Source: a bacterium
GTDB lineage: Bacteria > UBA8248
DNA length: 64,000 bases
Assembly: GCA_965261085.1 (NCBI GenBank)
Contig: OZ253442.1
Location: 1,344,001-1,408,000, forward strand
Reading direction: 5' to 3'
Part shown: positions 29,306 through 39,281 of the stretch, piece after piece
Layout: every line of letters starts with the position of its first letter
Numbering within the stretch: the stretch's first letter is position 1
Notes under the pieces: generated by a model
What the model saw: the letters and a program-made list of their open reading frames with translations, nothing else
Databases searched by the model: none
What the model was told of the DNA's origin: nothing
Position numbers and translations under genes: made by a program

Positions 29306-31594
29306 GTGAGGCGAAAACCAGACACGATTCCAGGCGATAAGAAGATACGCGACCTGCTCGCCAAAGAGGACAGGCCCATGGCCGTGCGCGAACTCGTGCG
29401 CCTGCTCGAAGTTTCCGCCGCCGCGCGGCCTTCGTTCAGGAAACGCCTGCGCGCCATGGCGGAAGAAGGCGCTCTCACCCGCGTTCGCGGACGCTATTCG
29501 ACGCCGGGCTCTCTCTCCATATATCAGGGAATCTTCCGGGGGCACGGACAAGGCTACGGGTTCGTCGTGCCGAAGCAGACGGAGAATGAGGAAAACCCCC
29601 TCGACATCATGATCAAGAAAACACGCACGCGCGGCGCGATGGACGGCGATCTGGTTTCCGCCCGGGTGGAGAAGGTCGATGCGGGCGGGAGGCGCGAGGG
29701 CAGCGTGCTCGACGTGATGGAGCGCGCGCACGAAACCCTGGTGGGCAGGCTTTGCGTGGAAGGCCGAAGCGCGTGGGTGGAGCCCCAGGAAAATCGCATA
29801 CCGCATCTCGTGTTGCTCGAAGCGGGGAGCCGGGAGGGAGCCAGGCGCGGTGAATGGGTGGAGGTCGAGATAAGCCGCTATCCGACCCAGAGGGAACCGG
29901 CCAAAGGACGCATCCTGAAGTCGTTCGGCTATCCCGAAGATCCCGCCGCCGAGGGGCGGATGGTGCTCGCCAAGCACGGGATACATGAGGATTTCCCCGA
30001 AAAAGTTCTGGATGAGGAGGCGAGAATATACCCGCCGGGGGAGGATACTCCCTTCCCCGAGGGGGTGGAGGATTCGAGGGACCTGTGCGCGTTCAGCATC
30101 GATCCATTCGACGCCAGGGACCGCGACGACGCGGTTTCGATTGAAAAAATCAAAGGTGGCCGCCGCCTCGGCGTGCACATCGCCGACGTGGGCCATTACG
30201 TGAAGCCAGGCGGCGCGATCGATAAAGAAGCCCGCGACCGGGGGACGAGCGTGTACTTGCCGGATAGGGCGGTGCCCATGCTGCCGCCCCGCCTCACGGG
30301 CGAGGTGTGCTCTCTGGGCGAGGGAGCGGTGCGCCGCACCTTGAGCGTCTTCATCGATTTCGACCGGTACGGCAACCAGACGGGGATGCGGCCCACCTTC
30401 GCGCGGATTCGCTCGCGCGCCTCTTTGACCTATCGCGGCTCTGCCGCCGTTCTGGAAGGCGCTGAAATTTCTCAGGAAAACGAGATGGAGAGCGCTCGCG
30501 CGTTAGAGGGGCCGCTCCGGGAGTTATCGGCCCTTGCGGATAAGCTCCACGCGGGGCGCATGCGCCGGGGCAGTCTCGATTTCGATCTGCCCGAAGCCCA
30601 GGTTTTACTCGATGAGGAGGGAATGCCGGCAGGCGTTGAGCGTGCGCCCAGAACCTCGGCGCACCGGCTGATTGAAGAGTGCATGCTGGCGGCGAACCGG
30701 GCGGTGGCGGAATATCTTAGCCAGATGGGCGGAGCCTCGGTCTTCCGCGTCCACGACCCGCCCGCCGAGGACAACCTGGAGGGATTAAGGACGATTCTCT
30801 CCAAACTGGGTCTGAAAGCGCCCCGTCTGGAAGCGTTAAAGCGCCCCGGAGGGTTTCAGGAGGTATTCGACGCCGTAAGGGGTTCCGAGGTGGAGCGCTA
30901 CGTGAATTTCGCCACTTTAAGAAGCATGAAGCTCGCGCGCTATCAGGCCGCACCGGCTCTTCACTTCGGGCTTGGTTTCGAGCACTACACGCATTTCACC
31001 TCGCCTATCCGCCGCTACGCGGACCTGTGTGTTCACAGAAGGCTCCAAAGGCTCATGCGCGGTGATAAGCGTAAACCGCAGGCGAAACCGCTCGCCGCCC
31101 TTTGCCATGATATTTCCGAGAAAGACCGAGTGGCTGAGGCCGCCTCGCGCGAGATGGTGCATTTCATGAAGGCGCTCTTCATGCGCGATAAAATCGGCAA
31201 GCGCTTTCACGGCCACGTCTCGGGCGTCGCGAATTTCGGGATTTTTGTGGAGTTGGAGGACATTTTCGTGGAGGGCATGGCGCCGCTCGAATTCATGACG
31301 GATGACTATTACCGTTTCATTCCCGAGGAACACGCGGTTCTGGGCCGAAGGTCCGGCCGGCGGTTTCGCCTGGGAGACCCCGTCACCGTGCGGGTGGAAG
31401 GCGTGGATCTGGCGGCGCGTCGCGTCACCTTTCAGCTACAGGCGGGCGGTACGAGAGAGGTGGCCGGCGATGCGCCCGCCTCACGCCGTCTCGCCGGGCT
31501 CAGCGGTATGCGCCGCCCCGAGAGGAAGAAGCCCCCGACTCCCCGGCGTAAAAAAGGGGGAAAGCCTGCGCCCAAGCGGGGGCGCCGCCGCTGA
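29306..31594 (+). CDS. rnr: ribonuclease R
   Basis: IDP..ARDRDDA, VHIADV, RGTSVY, HFTSPIRRYADL, S1 domain, basic C-terminal tail. Confidence 0.93.
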   Translation: MRRKPDTIPGDKKIRDLLAKEDRPMAVRELVRLLEVSAAARPSFRKRLRAMAEEGALTRVRGRYSTPGSLSIYQGIFRGHGQGYGFVVPKQTENEENPLDIMIKKTRTRGAMDGDLVSARVEKVDAGGRREGSVLDVMERAHETLVGRLCVEGRSAWVEPQENRIPHLVLLEAGSREGARRGEWVEVEISRYPTQREPAKGRILKSFGYPEDPAAEGRMVLAKHGIHEDFPEKVLDEEARIYPPGEDTPFPEGVEDSRDLCAFSIDPFDARDRDDAVSIEKIKGGRRLGVHIADVGHYVKPGGAIDKEARDRGTSVYLPDRAVPMLPPRLTGEVCSLGEGAVRRTLSVFIDFDRYGNQTGMRPTFARIRSRASLTYRGSAAVLEGAEISQENEMESARALEGPLRELSALADKLHAGRMRRGSLDFDLPEAQVLLDEEGMPAGVERAPRTSAHRLIEECMLAANRAVAEYLSQMGGASVFRVHDPPAEDNLEGLRTILSKLGLKAPRLEALKRPGGFQEVFDAVRGSEVERYVNFATLRSMKLARYQAAPALHFGLGFEHYTHFTSPIRRYADLCVHRRLQRLMRGDKRKPQAKPLAALCHDISEKDRVAEAASREMVHFMKALFMRDKIGKRFHGHVSGVANFGIFVELEDIFVEGMAPLEFMTDDYYRFIPEEHAVLGRRSGRRFRLGDPVTVRVEGVDLAARRVTFQLQAGGTREVAGDAPASRRLAGLSGMRRPERKKPPTPRRKKGGKPAPKRGRRR

Positions 31595-31757
31595 ACTACC
31601 CATATGGCTTGAACTCCTGATTCCCTACCTTCTGTTTCTTGATGAATTTTCCTTGTGGCGAAAAATCTTGTGAGGGGCTATATTGTTTCTTGATATGAGG
31701 GAGACGCGGGGAGCGATGCGCTCCTCTTTCTTTTTCTCGGGTTTCGTGAGGTTGACG

Positions 31758-32222
31758 ATGGCGGGCGGCATTAAAATCATCGCGGAGAACAGGCGCGCCC
31801 GCGCCGATTATGCGATCGATGAAACATACGAAGCGGGCCTCGTACTCACGGGCACGGAGGTGAAGGCGCTCCGCGAGGGGCGCGCGAATCTAAAGGAGAG
31901 CTACGGCGACATCTTCGGCGGCGAGGCCTGGCTGGTCGATTGCCACATCAGCCCCTACGGGCACGGCAACATTAACAACCACGAGCCCACGCGCCGGAGA
32001 AAGCTCCTGCTCCACAAGCGGGAGATCGGGCGCCTGATTGGCCGCGTGAACGAGCGGGGCATGACGCTCGTGCCGATGAAGATGTATTTCGCCCGGGGCC
32101 GCGCGAAGGTGGAGATCGGCGTGGGCAAGGGCAAGAAATTCCATGATCGCCGCGAGGAACTCAAAAAACGCGACGCGAATCGTGAGATCGCGCGCGCGCT
32201 GAGAGAGAGGAACCGGGGGTGA
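31758..32222 (+). CDS. smpB: SsrA-binding protein SmpB
   Basis: ENRRAR, EAGLVLTGTEVKALR, RKLLLHKREI, GKGKK.HDRR. Confidence 0.97.
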   Translation: MAGGIKIIAENRRARADYAIDETYEAGLVLTGTEVKALREGRANLKESYGDIFGGEAWLVDCHISPYGHGNINNHEPTRRRKLLLHKREIGRLIGRVNERGMTLVPMKMYFARGRAKVEIGVGKGKKFHDRREELKKRDANREIARALRERNRG

Positions 32223-32425
32223 TGCGCATTATCAAAGACTATACGATGCGCTGGTGGCAGGTGAGCCTGCTGAAAATTTCGATGATGGCGCTTGGTCTGG
32301 CCGTCTGCGCCACCTGGCCGGGAGCCTTCGAGGGCCTGTTGCTCTGGCTCTGGCTGATTTTCGCGCTCCCCGCCGCGTATCTGTGCTACGTCTTCTACCC
32401 CGAAATGTGGGGTAGGCGAAAATAG
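32222..32425 (+). CDS. small hypothetical membrane protein (two TM segments)
   Basis: ATG overlaps the smpB stop; two hydrophobic segments. Confidence 0.5.
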   Translation: MRIIKDYTMRWWQVSLLKISMMALGLAVCATWPGAFEGLLLWLWLIFALPAAYLCYVFYPEMWGRRK

Positions 32426-32487
32426 GGTATATAGAATCGGGCGCGGGGCGATGATCGCCGCCCCGGAGCCTGAGCTTCATCTCTTAT

Positions 32488-32848
32488 GGGGGCGATCTGG
32501 CTTCGACGGGAGGATTTGAAGTCTGAGCTGCGCGCCGGGGACGCCACTTGGCCCCGTTATCAATGTGGCAAAATCTCACCAGCCGACAACGAGCTGGCTC
32601 TCGCTGCTTAAACGCTAGCGAGCGTTCCCCCTCGCCTCGTTCGCGGGTGGGGTGTGGAGCGTCATGATGCGGACTAGCCGACCCAGGTTTCGGTCCGGAA
32701 CCTGCTAGGCGAATTCTAATCGGACTAGCCCGGAGGATTGCCCGCCGGTGGGCTTGAGATTGGGCGAAACCCTTACCACCGGCTACGCGCGTAGACGCTC
32801 AAGACGGAAGCCTTGCGGACGCGGGTTCGATTCCCGCCGCCTCCACCA
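32488..32848 (+). ncRNA. ssrA: tmRNA (one-piece); tag peptide (A)ADNELALAA* at 32582..32611
   Basis: 5' GGGGGCG...TTCGAC; 3' GCGGGTTCGATTCCCGCCGCCTCCACCA with an Ala acceptor G3-U wobble; tag ending LALAA; lies downstream of smpB. Confidence 0.97.
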
Positions 32849-32949
32849 GAATACAATACCTGCGGCGACATAGCGGACGATAACGTCTCGTCTTGCGTCA
32901 TGGCCGGGGCGGATAAGCGCCATGCGCCGCCGATCGAACGGGAGTTGAA

Positions 32950-33765
32950 ATGACCGAAAAAAGCGCCATTCAGAACATGGCCCTGTTTTGCGATTTCGAA
33001 AACATCGCCCTTGGCGTTCGCGACGCCAAATACGCGGATTTTGATATTCAAAGGGTGCTGGAGCGCATACTGCTCAAGGGCAGCATTATCGTCAAGAAAG
33101 CTTATTGCAATTGGGCGCGTTACAAGGAATTCAAGGCTCCCATGCACGAGGCGGCCTTCGAGTTGATCGAAATACCGCACGTCCGCATGTCCGGCAAGAA
33201 CTCCGCCGACATTCGCATGGTCGTCGACGCATTGGACCTCTGCTATACCAAGGCGCACGTCGATACCTTCGTGATTATCAGCGGCGATTCCGATTTTTCG
33301 CCTTTGGTCAGCAAGCTCCGCGAGAACAACAAGGTGGTTGTCGGCGTCGGCGTAAAGAACTCGACCTCCGACTTGCTGACCTCGACCTGCGACGAGTTCA
33401 TCTATTACGACGACTTGATGCGCGAATCCGAAAAACAGGGAAAGGCCAAACGGAAACGGCCGGCCCCCAGCGCCGGAAGAAAGAAAGTCGTCGACGGCGA
33501 CGAGGAAAAACGGCTGGAAGGGCTCAATCTGGTACTGGAGACGACCGAGGACTTGGCCCGGGAGCGGGGCGAGGAAGAAAAGGTCTGGGGGTCGATGGTG
33601 AAGCAGGCCCTGAAACGCCGCAAACCAGGATTCAGCGAATCCTATCACGGATACAAAACGTTCAAACACCTGCTCGAAGACGCGAAAGCCCGCGGGATGC
33701 TGGAACTGGAATACGACAAAAAGTCCGGCGGATACATCGTGAAGAGTGCGCAGCTCGATGAATAG
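32950..33765 (+). CDS. NYN domain (LabA/DUF88, PIN-like RNase) protein with C-terminal OST-HTH/LOTUS-like domain
   Basis: FCDFEN, KNSADI.MVVDA, SGDSDF.PL...LRE, CDEFIYYD, and VKQALKR..PGFSESYHGYKTFKHLL. Confidence 0.9.
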   Translation: MTEKSAIQNMALFCDFENIALGVRDAKYADFDIQRVLERILLKGSIIVKKAYCNWARYKEFKAPMHEAAFELIEIPHVRMSGKNSADIRMVVDALDLCYTKAHVDTFVIISGDSDFSPLVSKLRENNKVVVGVGVKNSTSDLLTSTCDEFIYYDDLMRESEKQGKAKRKRPAPSAGRKKVVDGDEEKRLEGLNLVLETTEDLARERGEEEKVWGSMVKQALKRRKPGFSESYHGYKTFKHLLEDAKARGMLELEYDKKSGGYIVKSAQLDE

Positions 33766-33766
33766 G

Positions 33767-33830
33767 CGCGCGTAGACGCTCACGACGGAAGCCTTGCGGA
33801 CGCGGATTCGATTCCCGCCGCCTCCACCAG
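33767..33830 (+). repeat. displaced copy of the tmRNA 3' end (att-like)
   Basis: cgcgcgtagacgctcacgacggaagccttgcggacgcggattcgattcccgccgcctccaccag matches 32786..32849 at 62 of 64 positions. Confidence 0.95.
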
Positions 33831-33903
33831 TTTCATATGTCTTGAGTACACATGTTTAGCGACTGTCGAGCATAAAATAGCGGCAAAGTGGCCGAGTCAT
33901 GAA

Positions 33904-33933
33904 TTGCATTCAGCCTTTCGCGCGGATTAGAAT
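33904..33933 (+). promoter_or_regulatory. putative sigma70 promoter of ppk1
   Basis: TTGCAT-N18-TAGAAT. Confidence 0.4.
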
Positions 33934-34049
33934 GCGCTCGTCATCAGGGCGGCGTCGCAGAGTCCTTCCGGTTGTTTCGAATGATCTTTTCGGGTTCGCG
34001 TCGCCTTGAGCCGGTAGGTTTCACGAGGCATCCATAGAGGACGCAGAGC

Positions 34050-36209
34050 ATGACGCCCCTGGCCGAAGAGGAATCCTCATCCGTCGCGATCGAGCCGATC
34101 CTCGATCCGCGCCGCCGCTATCTGAATCGCGAGCTCTCCTGGCTCGCCTTCAACTGGCGCGTGCTCGCCGAGGCGAGCAACCTCCGCCATCCCCTGCTCG
34201 AGCGGCTGCGCTTCCTGTCGATATCGGCGAGCAATCTCGATGAATTCTTCATGGTGCGCTTGGCGGGTCTCAAGGGCCAAGTGGCCAACGGCGTGACCCA
34301 GAAGAGCCTCGATGGCCGCACGCCCGCCGAGCAGTTGGCCGAAGTCACCGAGGAAAGCGCGCGGCTCATTCGCGAACAGGAAGCGGTGTGGACGCGCTTG
34401 CAAGGCGAACTCGCCGAGGCCGGTATATCGATGGTCACCACGAAGGATTTAAGCGCCGAGGATATCGAATGGCTCGGCAATTACTTCCTGAAACAGGTCT
34501 TTCCCGTTCTGACGCCCCTGGCCATCGACCCGGCGCATCCGTTTCCGTTCATCGCGAATCGAGGTTTCTCGCTTGCGTTAGAGCTCAAAGCCACCGAGGG
34601 CGCGAGGAAAATGCGGGCTCTGGTTCCCCTGCCCGATCAGGTGCGCCGCTTCACCCGCCTGCCGGGAGAGGAAATTCGCTTCATCGCGCTGGAGAATCTG
34701 GTGCGGCTGTTCATCGAGCAGTTGTTCCCCGGCTACCAAATTATCGGCAGCGGCGTGTTCCGCCTGATCCGCGACAGCGACATCGAATACGAAGAGGAGG
34801 CCGAAGACCTCGTCCTGTTGTTCGAGACCATGCTGCGCCAGAGGCGGCTCGGCGGCGTGGTGCGCCTGAACCTGAGCGTCGACATGCCGGACTCGCTGCG
34901 TGAGTTGGTGACAGACGAGTTCGACGCGCAGCCGGAAGACATCGCGGTACTGACCGGCACCATCGGCATGGCGCAACTCGACGAGTTAATCGATTGCGGG
35001 CGGACGGATCTGATTTTCCCGGCCTACCGGGCGCGCTTTCCCGAGCGCATCCGCGAGTACGACAACGATTGCTTCGCGGCGATTCGCCAAAAGGACATCG
35101 TCGTCCACCACCCCTATGAGAGTTTCGACGTGGTGGTGCAGTTTCTCGAACAGGCGGCGGCCGACCCGAACGTGCTGGCGATAAAACAGACGCTCTACCG
35201 CACGACGGCCGAGTCGCCCATCGTCAAGGCGCTCATCGCGGCGGCGGAATCGGGCAAATCGGTCACCGCGATGGTGGAACTCAAGGCGCGCTTCGACGAG
35301 GAGACCAACCTCAAGCTCTCGCAATCGCTTGAACGCGCAGGCGTCCACGTGGTCTATGGCTTCATGAAGCTCAAGACCCACGCCAAGATCACCTGCGTCG
35401 TGCGGCGCGAGGGCGAAGATCTGCGCAGCTACGTGCATTTCGGCACCGGCAATTATCATCCCATCACCGCGCGGGTCTATACCGATTTGTCGTTTTTCAC
35501 CTGCGATGAGCGGCTCGCCCACGACGCCGCGCAGGTGTTCAATCTCACCACCGGCTATGCGCTGCCGCGCAGCTTCGAGTGCGTCGCCGTGGCGCCTTCG
35601 GGGTTGCGAAAATGCGTACTGGAGATGATTGACGAGGAAATAGCCAACGCCGAGGCCGGACGGCCCGCCGCGGTATGGGCGAAAATGAACTCACTGGTCG
35701 ATGGAACGGTGATCGACAAGCTCTACCAGGCGAGCGCCCAAGGCGTTCAGATCGATCTCGTGGTGCGCGGCATCTGCTGCCTGCGTCCGGGCGTGCCGGG
35801 CCTGTCCGAGAATATCCGGGTCAAGAGCATCATCGGGCGTTTTCTGGAGCACTCGCGCATCGTCTGTTTCGCCAACGGCCACCCGCTGCCCTCCCCTCAT
35901 GCGAAGGTGTTCATGACCTCGGCCGACTGGATGCCGCGCAATTTCGATCGCCGCTGCGAGGTGCTGGTGCCGATAGAAAACGAAACCGTGCATCAGCAGG
36001 TGCTCGAACAGATCATGGTGGCCAATTACAAGGACGATGCGCAAAGCTGGAACATGTCCGGCGACGGCGGCTACGAGCGCGCGCCGCACGGCGAAGAAGA
36101 TTTCACGGCGCACACCTATTTCATGACGAATCCGAGTCTGTCCGGCCGCGGAAGCGCGCTCAGGCGGGCCGGCGGCCCGGCGAGGTTGCGTATTGCGGAA
36201 GATGGCTGA
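34050..36209 (+). CDS. ppk1: polyphosphate kinase 1
   Basis: [59 protein letters not shown]. Confidence 0.97.
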   Translation: MTPLAEEESSSVAIEPILDPRRRYLNRELSWLAFNWRVLAEASNLRHPLLERLRFLSISASNLDEFFMVRLAGLKGQVANGVTQKSLDGRTPAEQLAEVTEESARLIREQEAVWTRLQGELAEAGISMVTTKDLSAEDIEWLGNYFLKQVFPVLTPLAIDPAHPFPFIANRGFSLALELKATEGARKMRALVPLPDQVRRFTRLPGEEIRFIALENLVRLFIEQLFPGYQIIGSGVFRLIRDSDIEYEEEAEDLVLLFETMLRQRRLGGVVRLNLSVDMPDSLRELVTDEFDAQPEDIAVLTGTIGMAQLDELIDCGRTDLIFPAYRARFPERIREYDNDCFAAIRQKDIVVHHPYESFDVVVQFLEQAAADPNVLAIKQTLYRTTAESPIVKALIAAAESGKSVTAMVELKARFDEETNLKLSQSLERAGVHVVYGFMKLKTHAKITCVVRREGEDLRSYVHFGTGNYHPITARVYTDLSFFTCDERLAHDAAQVFNLTTGYALPRSFECVAVAPSGLRKCVLEMIDEEIANAEAGRPAAVWAKMNSLVDGTVIDKLYQASAQGVQIDLVVRGICCLRPGVPGLSENIRVKSIIGRFLEHSRIVCFANGHPLPSPHAKVFMTSADWMPRNFDRRCEVLVPIENETVHQQVLEQIMVANYKDDAQSWNMSGDGGYERAPHGEEDFTAHTYFMTNPSLSGRGSALRRAGGPARLRIAEDG

Positions 36210-37728
36210 ACAGCCGGGTCCTGCGGAAGAGGCGGTCGGCGCCGAGGCGCGCTACGGCGTAATCGACATTGGTTCGAACTCGATCCGCATGGTCGTGTTC
36301 GAGGGCCTTAGGCGCGCGCCCCTGCCCATGTTCAACGAAAGAATCCTGTGCGGCCTGGGCCGCAATTTGCACGACACCGGGCGGCTTGATCCGCAAGGCG
36401 TCGAACAGGCGCTCCTGAACATCGAGCGATTTGGTGTCCTGTTGCGCTCAATGGGAGTGGCGCGCTTCGACGCCGTCGCCACCGCTGCGGTGCGCGACGC
36501 GGAGGACGGCGGCGCCTTCGTCGCCGAGGTGGAGCGGCGGTGCGGTGTTCGCGTGCGCGTGCTCTCAGGCGCCGAAGAAGCCGAGATGGCGGCGCTCGGC
36601 GTGCTGAGCGGAGCGCCCGGGGCGGACGGCGTCGTGGGCGACTTGGGGGGCGGCAGTCTAGAGTTGGTCCATCTGCTCGATGGCGCTATCGCCGAGCAGG
36701 CGACGCTGCCTCTGGGGCCGCTCAACCTCTTCGCCGCAGCGGGTGGCCAGCGCAAGCGCGCGCGGAAGATTATCGACGAGGCTTTGGCCGAGTTGCCCTG
36801 GCTCGCCAAAATGCGCGGGCGCGCATTCTACGCCGTCGGCGGCAACTGGCGGGCGCTGGCGCACGCCCACATGGCGCATTCGGGCTATCCGCTCAACATC
36901 ATTCACCATTACCGGCTGCGCTGCGGCGACCTCGCCAAAATCGCCGGTCTGGTCGCCTGGCAGAGCCGCGAGTCGTTGACGGGCATCCGGGGCGTTTCGG
37001 GCAGGCGGCTCGATTTGTTGCCGCTCGCCGCGCTGGTGATGGACCGCCTGCTGGCGGCGGCCGCGCCGCGCGACGTCGTCTTCTCCGCCGACGGCCTGCG
37101 CGAGGGGTTCGCTTTTGCGCGTCTGGGGAAGCGGAGCCGGATGGAGGATCCGCTGCTCAGCGCGGCAGGCGACATCCATGCCCGCACCGCGCGGTTTCCC
37201 GATCACGTCCCCGAACTGCTCACCTGGACGGAAAACCTTTTTCCCGAAGAAAGCGCGTCCGAACGCCGCCTGCGCCACGCCGTCTGCCTGCTGAGCGACG
37301 TCGGCTGGCGGGTGCACCCCGATTACCGGGCCGCCCAGGCCGGCGCCGAGGTGCTCCACGCGCGCGCCCTGCACGTCAGCCACCAGGAGCGGGTATTTAT
37401 CGCCCTGGCCGTTTTCGGGCGCTATACGAGCCGCGAGACCCACGGGGATCTGCGCAACGTCGAGCGGCTGCTGGATGAGGAAACCGCCGGGCGCGCGCGG
37501 GTCATGGGCTCCGTCGTTCGCCTGGGCGAGACCCTGTGCGGCGGCGTGCCGGGGGTGCTGGGGCGCTTTTCGCTCAAGCCCGCCCCGCGCCGGGGTTCTC
37601 TCAAGCTCAGGTGCCGCCGGCGTGACCGCAACATGCTGGGCGAGGTCGTCGTGCGCCGCTTCGAGGCCCTGGCCGCTCTGATGGGACTGGCGTCCCAGGT
37701 GCGCTTTATCGACGAGGAAGACGACTGA
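36202..37728 (+). CDS. ppx: exopolyphosphatase (Ppx/GppA family)
   Basis: [29 protein letters not shown]; overlaps the ppk1 stop. Confidence 0.92.
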   Translation: MAEQPGPAEEAVGAEARYGVIDIGSNSIRMVVFEGLRRAPLPMFNERILCGLGRNLHDTGRLDPQGVEQALLNIERFGVLLRSMGVARFDAVATAAVRDAEDGGAFVAEVERRCGVRVRVLSGAEEAEMAALGVLSGAPGADGVVGDLGGGSLELVHLLDGAIAEQATLPLGPLNLFAAAGGQRKRARKIIDEALAELPWLAKMRGRAFYAVGGNWRALAHAHMAHSGYPLNIIHHYRLRCGDLAKIAGLVAWQSRESLTGIRGVSGRRLDLLPLAALVMDRLLAAAAPRDVVFSADGLREGFAFARLGKRSRMEDPLLSAAGDIHARTARFPDHVPELLTWTENLFPEESASERRLRHAVCLLSDVGWRVHPDYRAAQAGAEVLHARALHVSHQERVFIALAVFGRYTSRETHGDLRNVERLLDEETAGRARVMGSVVRLGETLCGGVPGVLGRFSLKPAPRRGSLKLRCRRRDRNMLGEVVVRRFEALAALMGLASQVRFIDEEDD

Positions 37729-37751
37729 TGATGCAGTGACGCGCCGCGCGT

Positions 37752-38738
37752 CTATCGGGACGGCTGGTCGGGTCGGTTCGCAGGCGCGCCCTGGATTATC
37801 CCCAATTCCCGCAAGGCCCGGACCGCTCTCAGAACCACCGTATCCCTTTCCTTGATGAGTTCTTCTCGCGAGCGCCCCCCATAGTCGCGCCATCCCTTTC
37901 CCGTGGAGAGTCCCAGTTCGCCTTGTTCGAGTCGGGCCAACAACCAGGGAGAGGGCTTGAACTTGGCGTCGCCTTCGGCCTTGTAGAGGTTCTCGAAGAT
38001 GTTCAGCGTGATGTCGGCGTCGTGAAGGAGATCGTTCCATTCGAACGGCCCTTTGCAGGCCAGACGGATTCCGAAGCCGTGCCGGACGGCCTCGTCCACG
38101 TCTTCGGGGGTGGTGAATCCTCGCTCCACCAGGCTGATGGCTTCGTTCAGCATGGCGTACTGCAAGCGGTTGACGATGTAGCCTGGGACGTCCCGGCAGG
38201 AGACGGGCGCTTTTCCGATTTTCTTCAAAAAGGCGAGGAGCCCGGCATGCGCCTCCTCGCTCGTAGCGGGGCCGAGAACCACTTCCACGAGCGGGAGAAT
38301 GTGCGGGGGATTCGCCCAGTGGGCGCCGATCACGCGGCCGGGATCGGAAACGGCTTGGGCGATGTCCGCCACGCGGAGCGACGAGGTGGTCGTGGCGAGC
38401 ACGGCTTCGGGCAAGGCGTGTTCATCCAGTTCACGGAAGACGCCTTGTTTGACGTCCAGGTCTTCATAGACCGCCTCGAAAACGAAGTGGGCCTTCGCCG
38501 CCGCTTCTTCAACGCTCGCAACGAGAGATACGCGCTCAGAAAGTGGAGACGGGGTCTCGGAAGGAACCAGGCCGTATTCTCGTAAAATGCGGAGGTCGCC
38601 CTCCATCCACTCCAGGGCGGATTCCAGTTGCGCCGGATCCATGTCGGTCAGTGTGACGCTTGCGCCGGAAATCGCGCAATGAAGGGCGATGCCGTGGCCC
38701 ATCATGCCGGCGCCCACTACAGCTACGGGGGAGCCCAC
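37752..38738 (-). CDS. 3-hydroxyacyl-CoA dehydrogenase family
   Basis: GAGMMGHGIA, EAVYE, HWANPP...PLVE, GYIVNRLQ. Confidence 0.9.
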   Translation of the reverse strand: MGSPVAVVGAGMMGHGIALHCAISGASVTLTDMDPAQLESALEWMEGDLRILREYGLVPSETPSPLSERVSLVASVEEAAAKAHFVFEAVYEDLDVKQGVFRELDEHALPEAVLATTTSSLRVADIAQAVSDPGRVIGAHWANPPHILPLVEVVLGPATSEEAHAGLLAFLKKIGKAPVSCRDVPGYIVNRLQYAMLNEAISLVERGFTTPEDVDEAVRHGFGIRLACKGPFEWNDLLHDADITLNIFENLYKAEGDAKFKPSPWLLARLEQGELGLSTGKGWRDYGGRSREELIKERDTVVLRAVRALRELGIIQGAPANRPDQPSR

Positions 38739-39281
38739 GCGAAGTCTCCTTTCCTAGAAGGGGTTCGTCGCCCAAAAGAGTTCTTGCCTGATTGCTCACG
38801 GAATTTGAAAAGCCTAGCACCCGGACGCCAATATGAAAAGTCGAATGGTTACTCGAGTGTGGGCCTCCCAGGCAGCCGAGCAAGAATGAGCGCCCGCTTG
38901 CACGATAGGCTTCCGTATTCTACTATTTTGTTCATATATTCATCGCAATAGTTGGTCCATCTTCTTTCCTGAGCGTAGAGGGTAATTGATGAGCACTATA
39001 TCTGCGTGGTTTTTGCCGGTGGTCTGCGCCGGTGATGAATGCGAAATCAACCCCAGAAAATCCGGGCGGGAACCCGCCTTCGAATATCTTTCCAAGCCGG
39101 TGCGCACCGCAGCTCAAAAAAAGCTTCACGGACTTTTTGCGCCGAGGGGCGAGCGTTGCCAGGCCCCGGGTGGTCGCCATCGTCGACTCCCCGGCGTCGT
39201 TTCATAGCGTTTCATCCGGTTGAATGGCGGCTCAATCCGCCCGCCGGTGATTCTTTCCATCTCCCAAAGGAGGTACCGATC

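Larger units (their letters stand above)
32786..33830 (+). mobile_element. integrase-free mini-island at the tmRNA 3' end, bounded by 64-bp direct repeats (32786..32849 and 33767..33830)
   Basis: The two 64-nt copies differ at two positions only; one CDS lies between them. Confidence 0.75.

Noticed and set aside
33767-33829. tRNA gene suggested by TTCGATTCC...CCA
   Set aside because: There is no 5' acceptor strand, D-arm or anticodon arm; it is a copy of the tmRNA 3' end.
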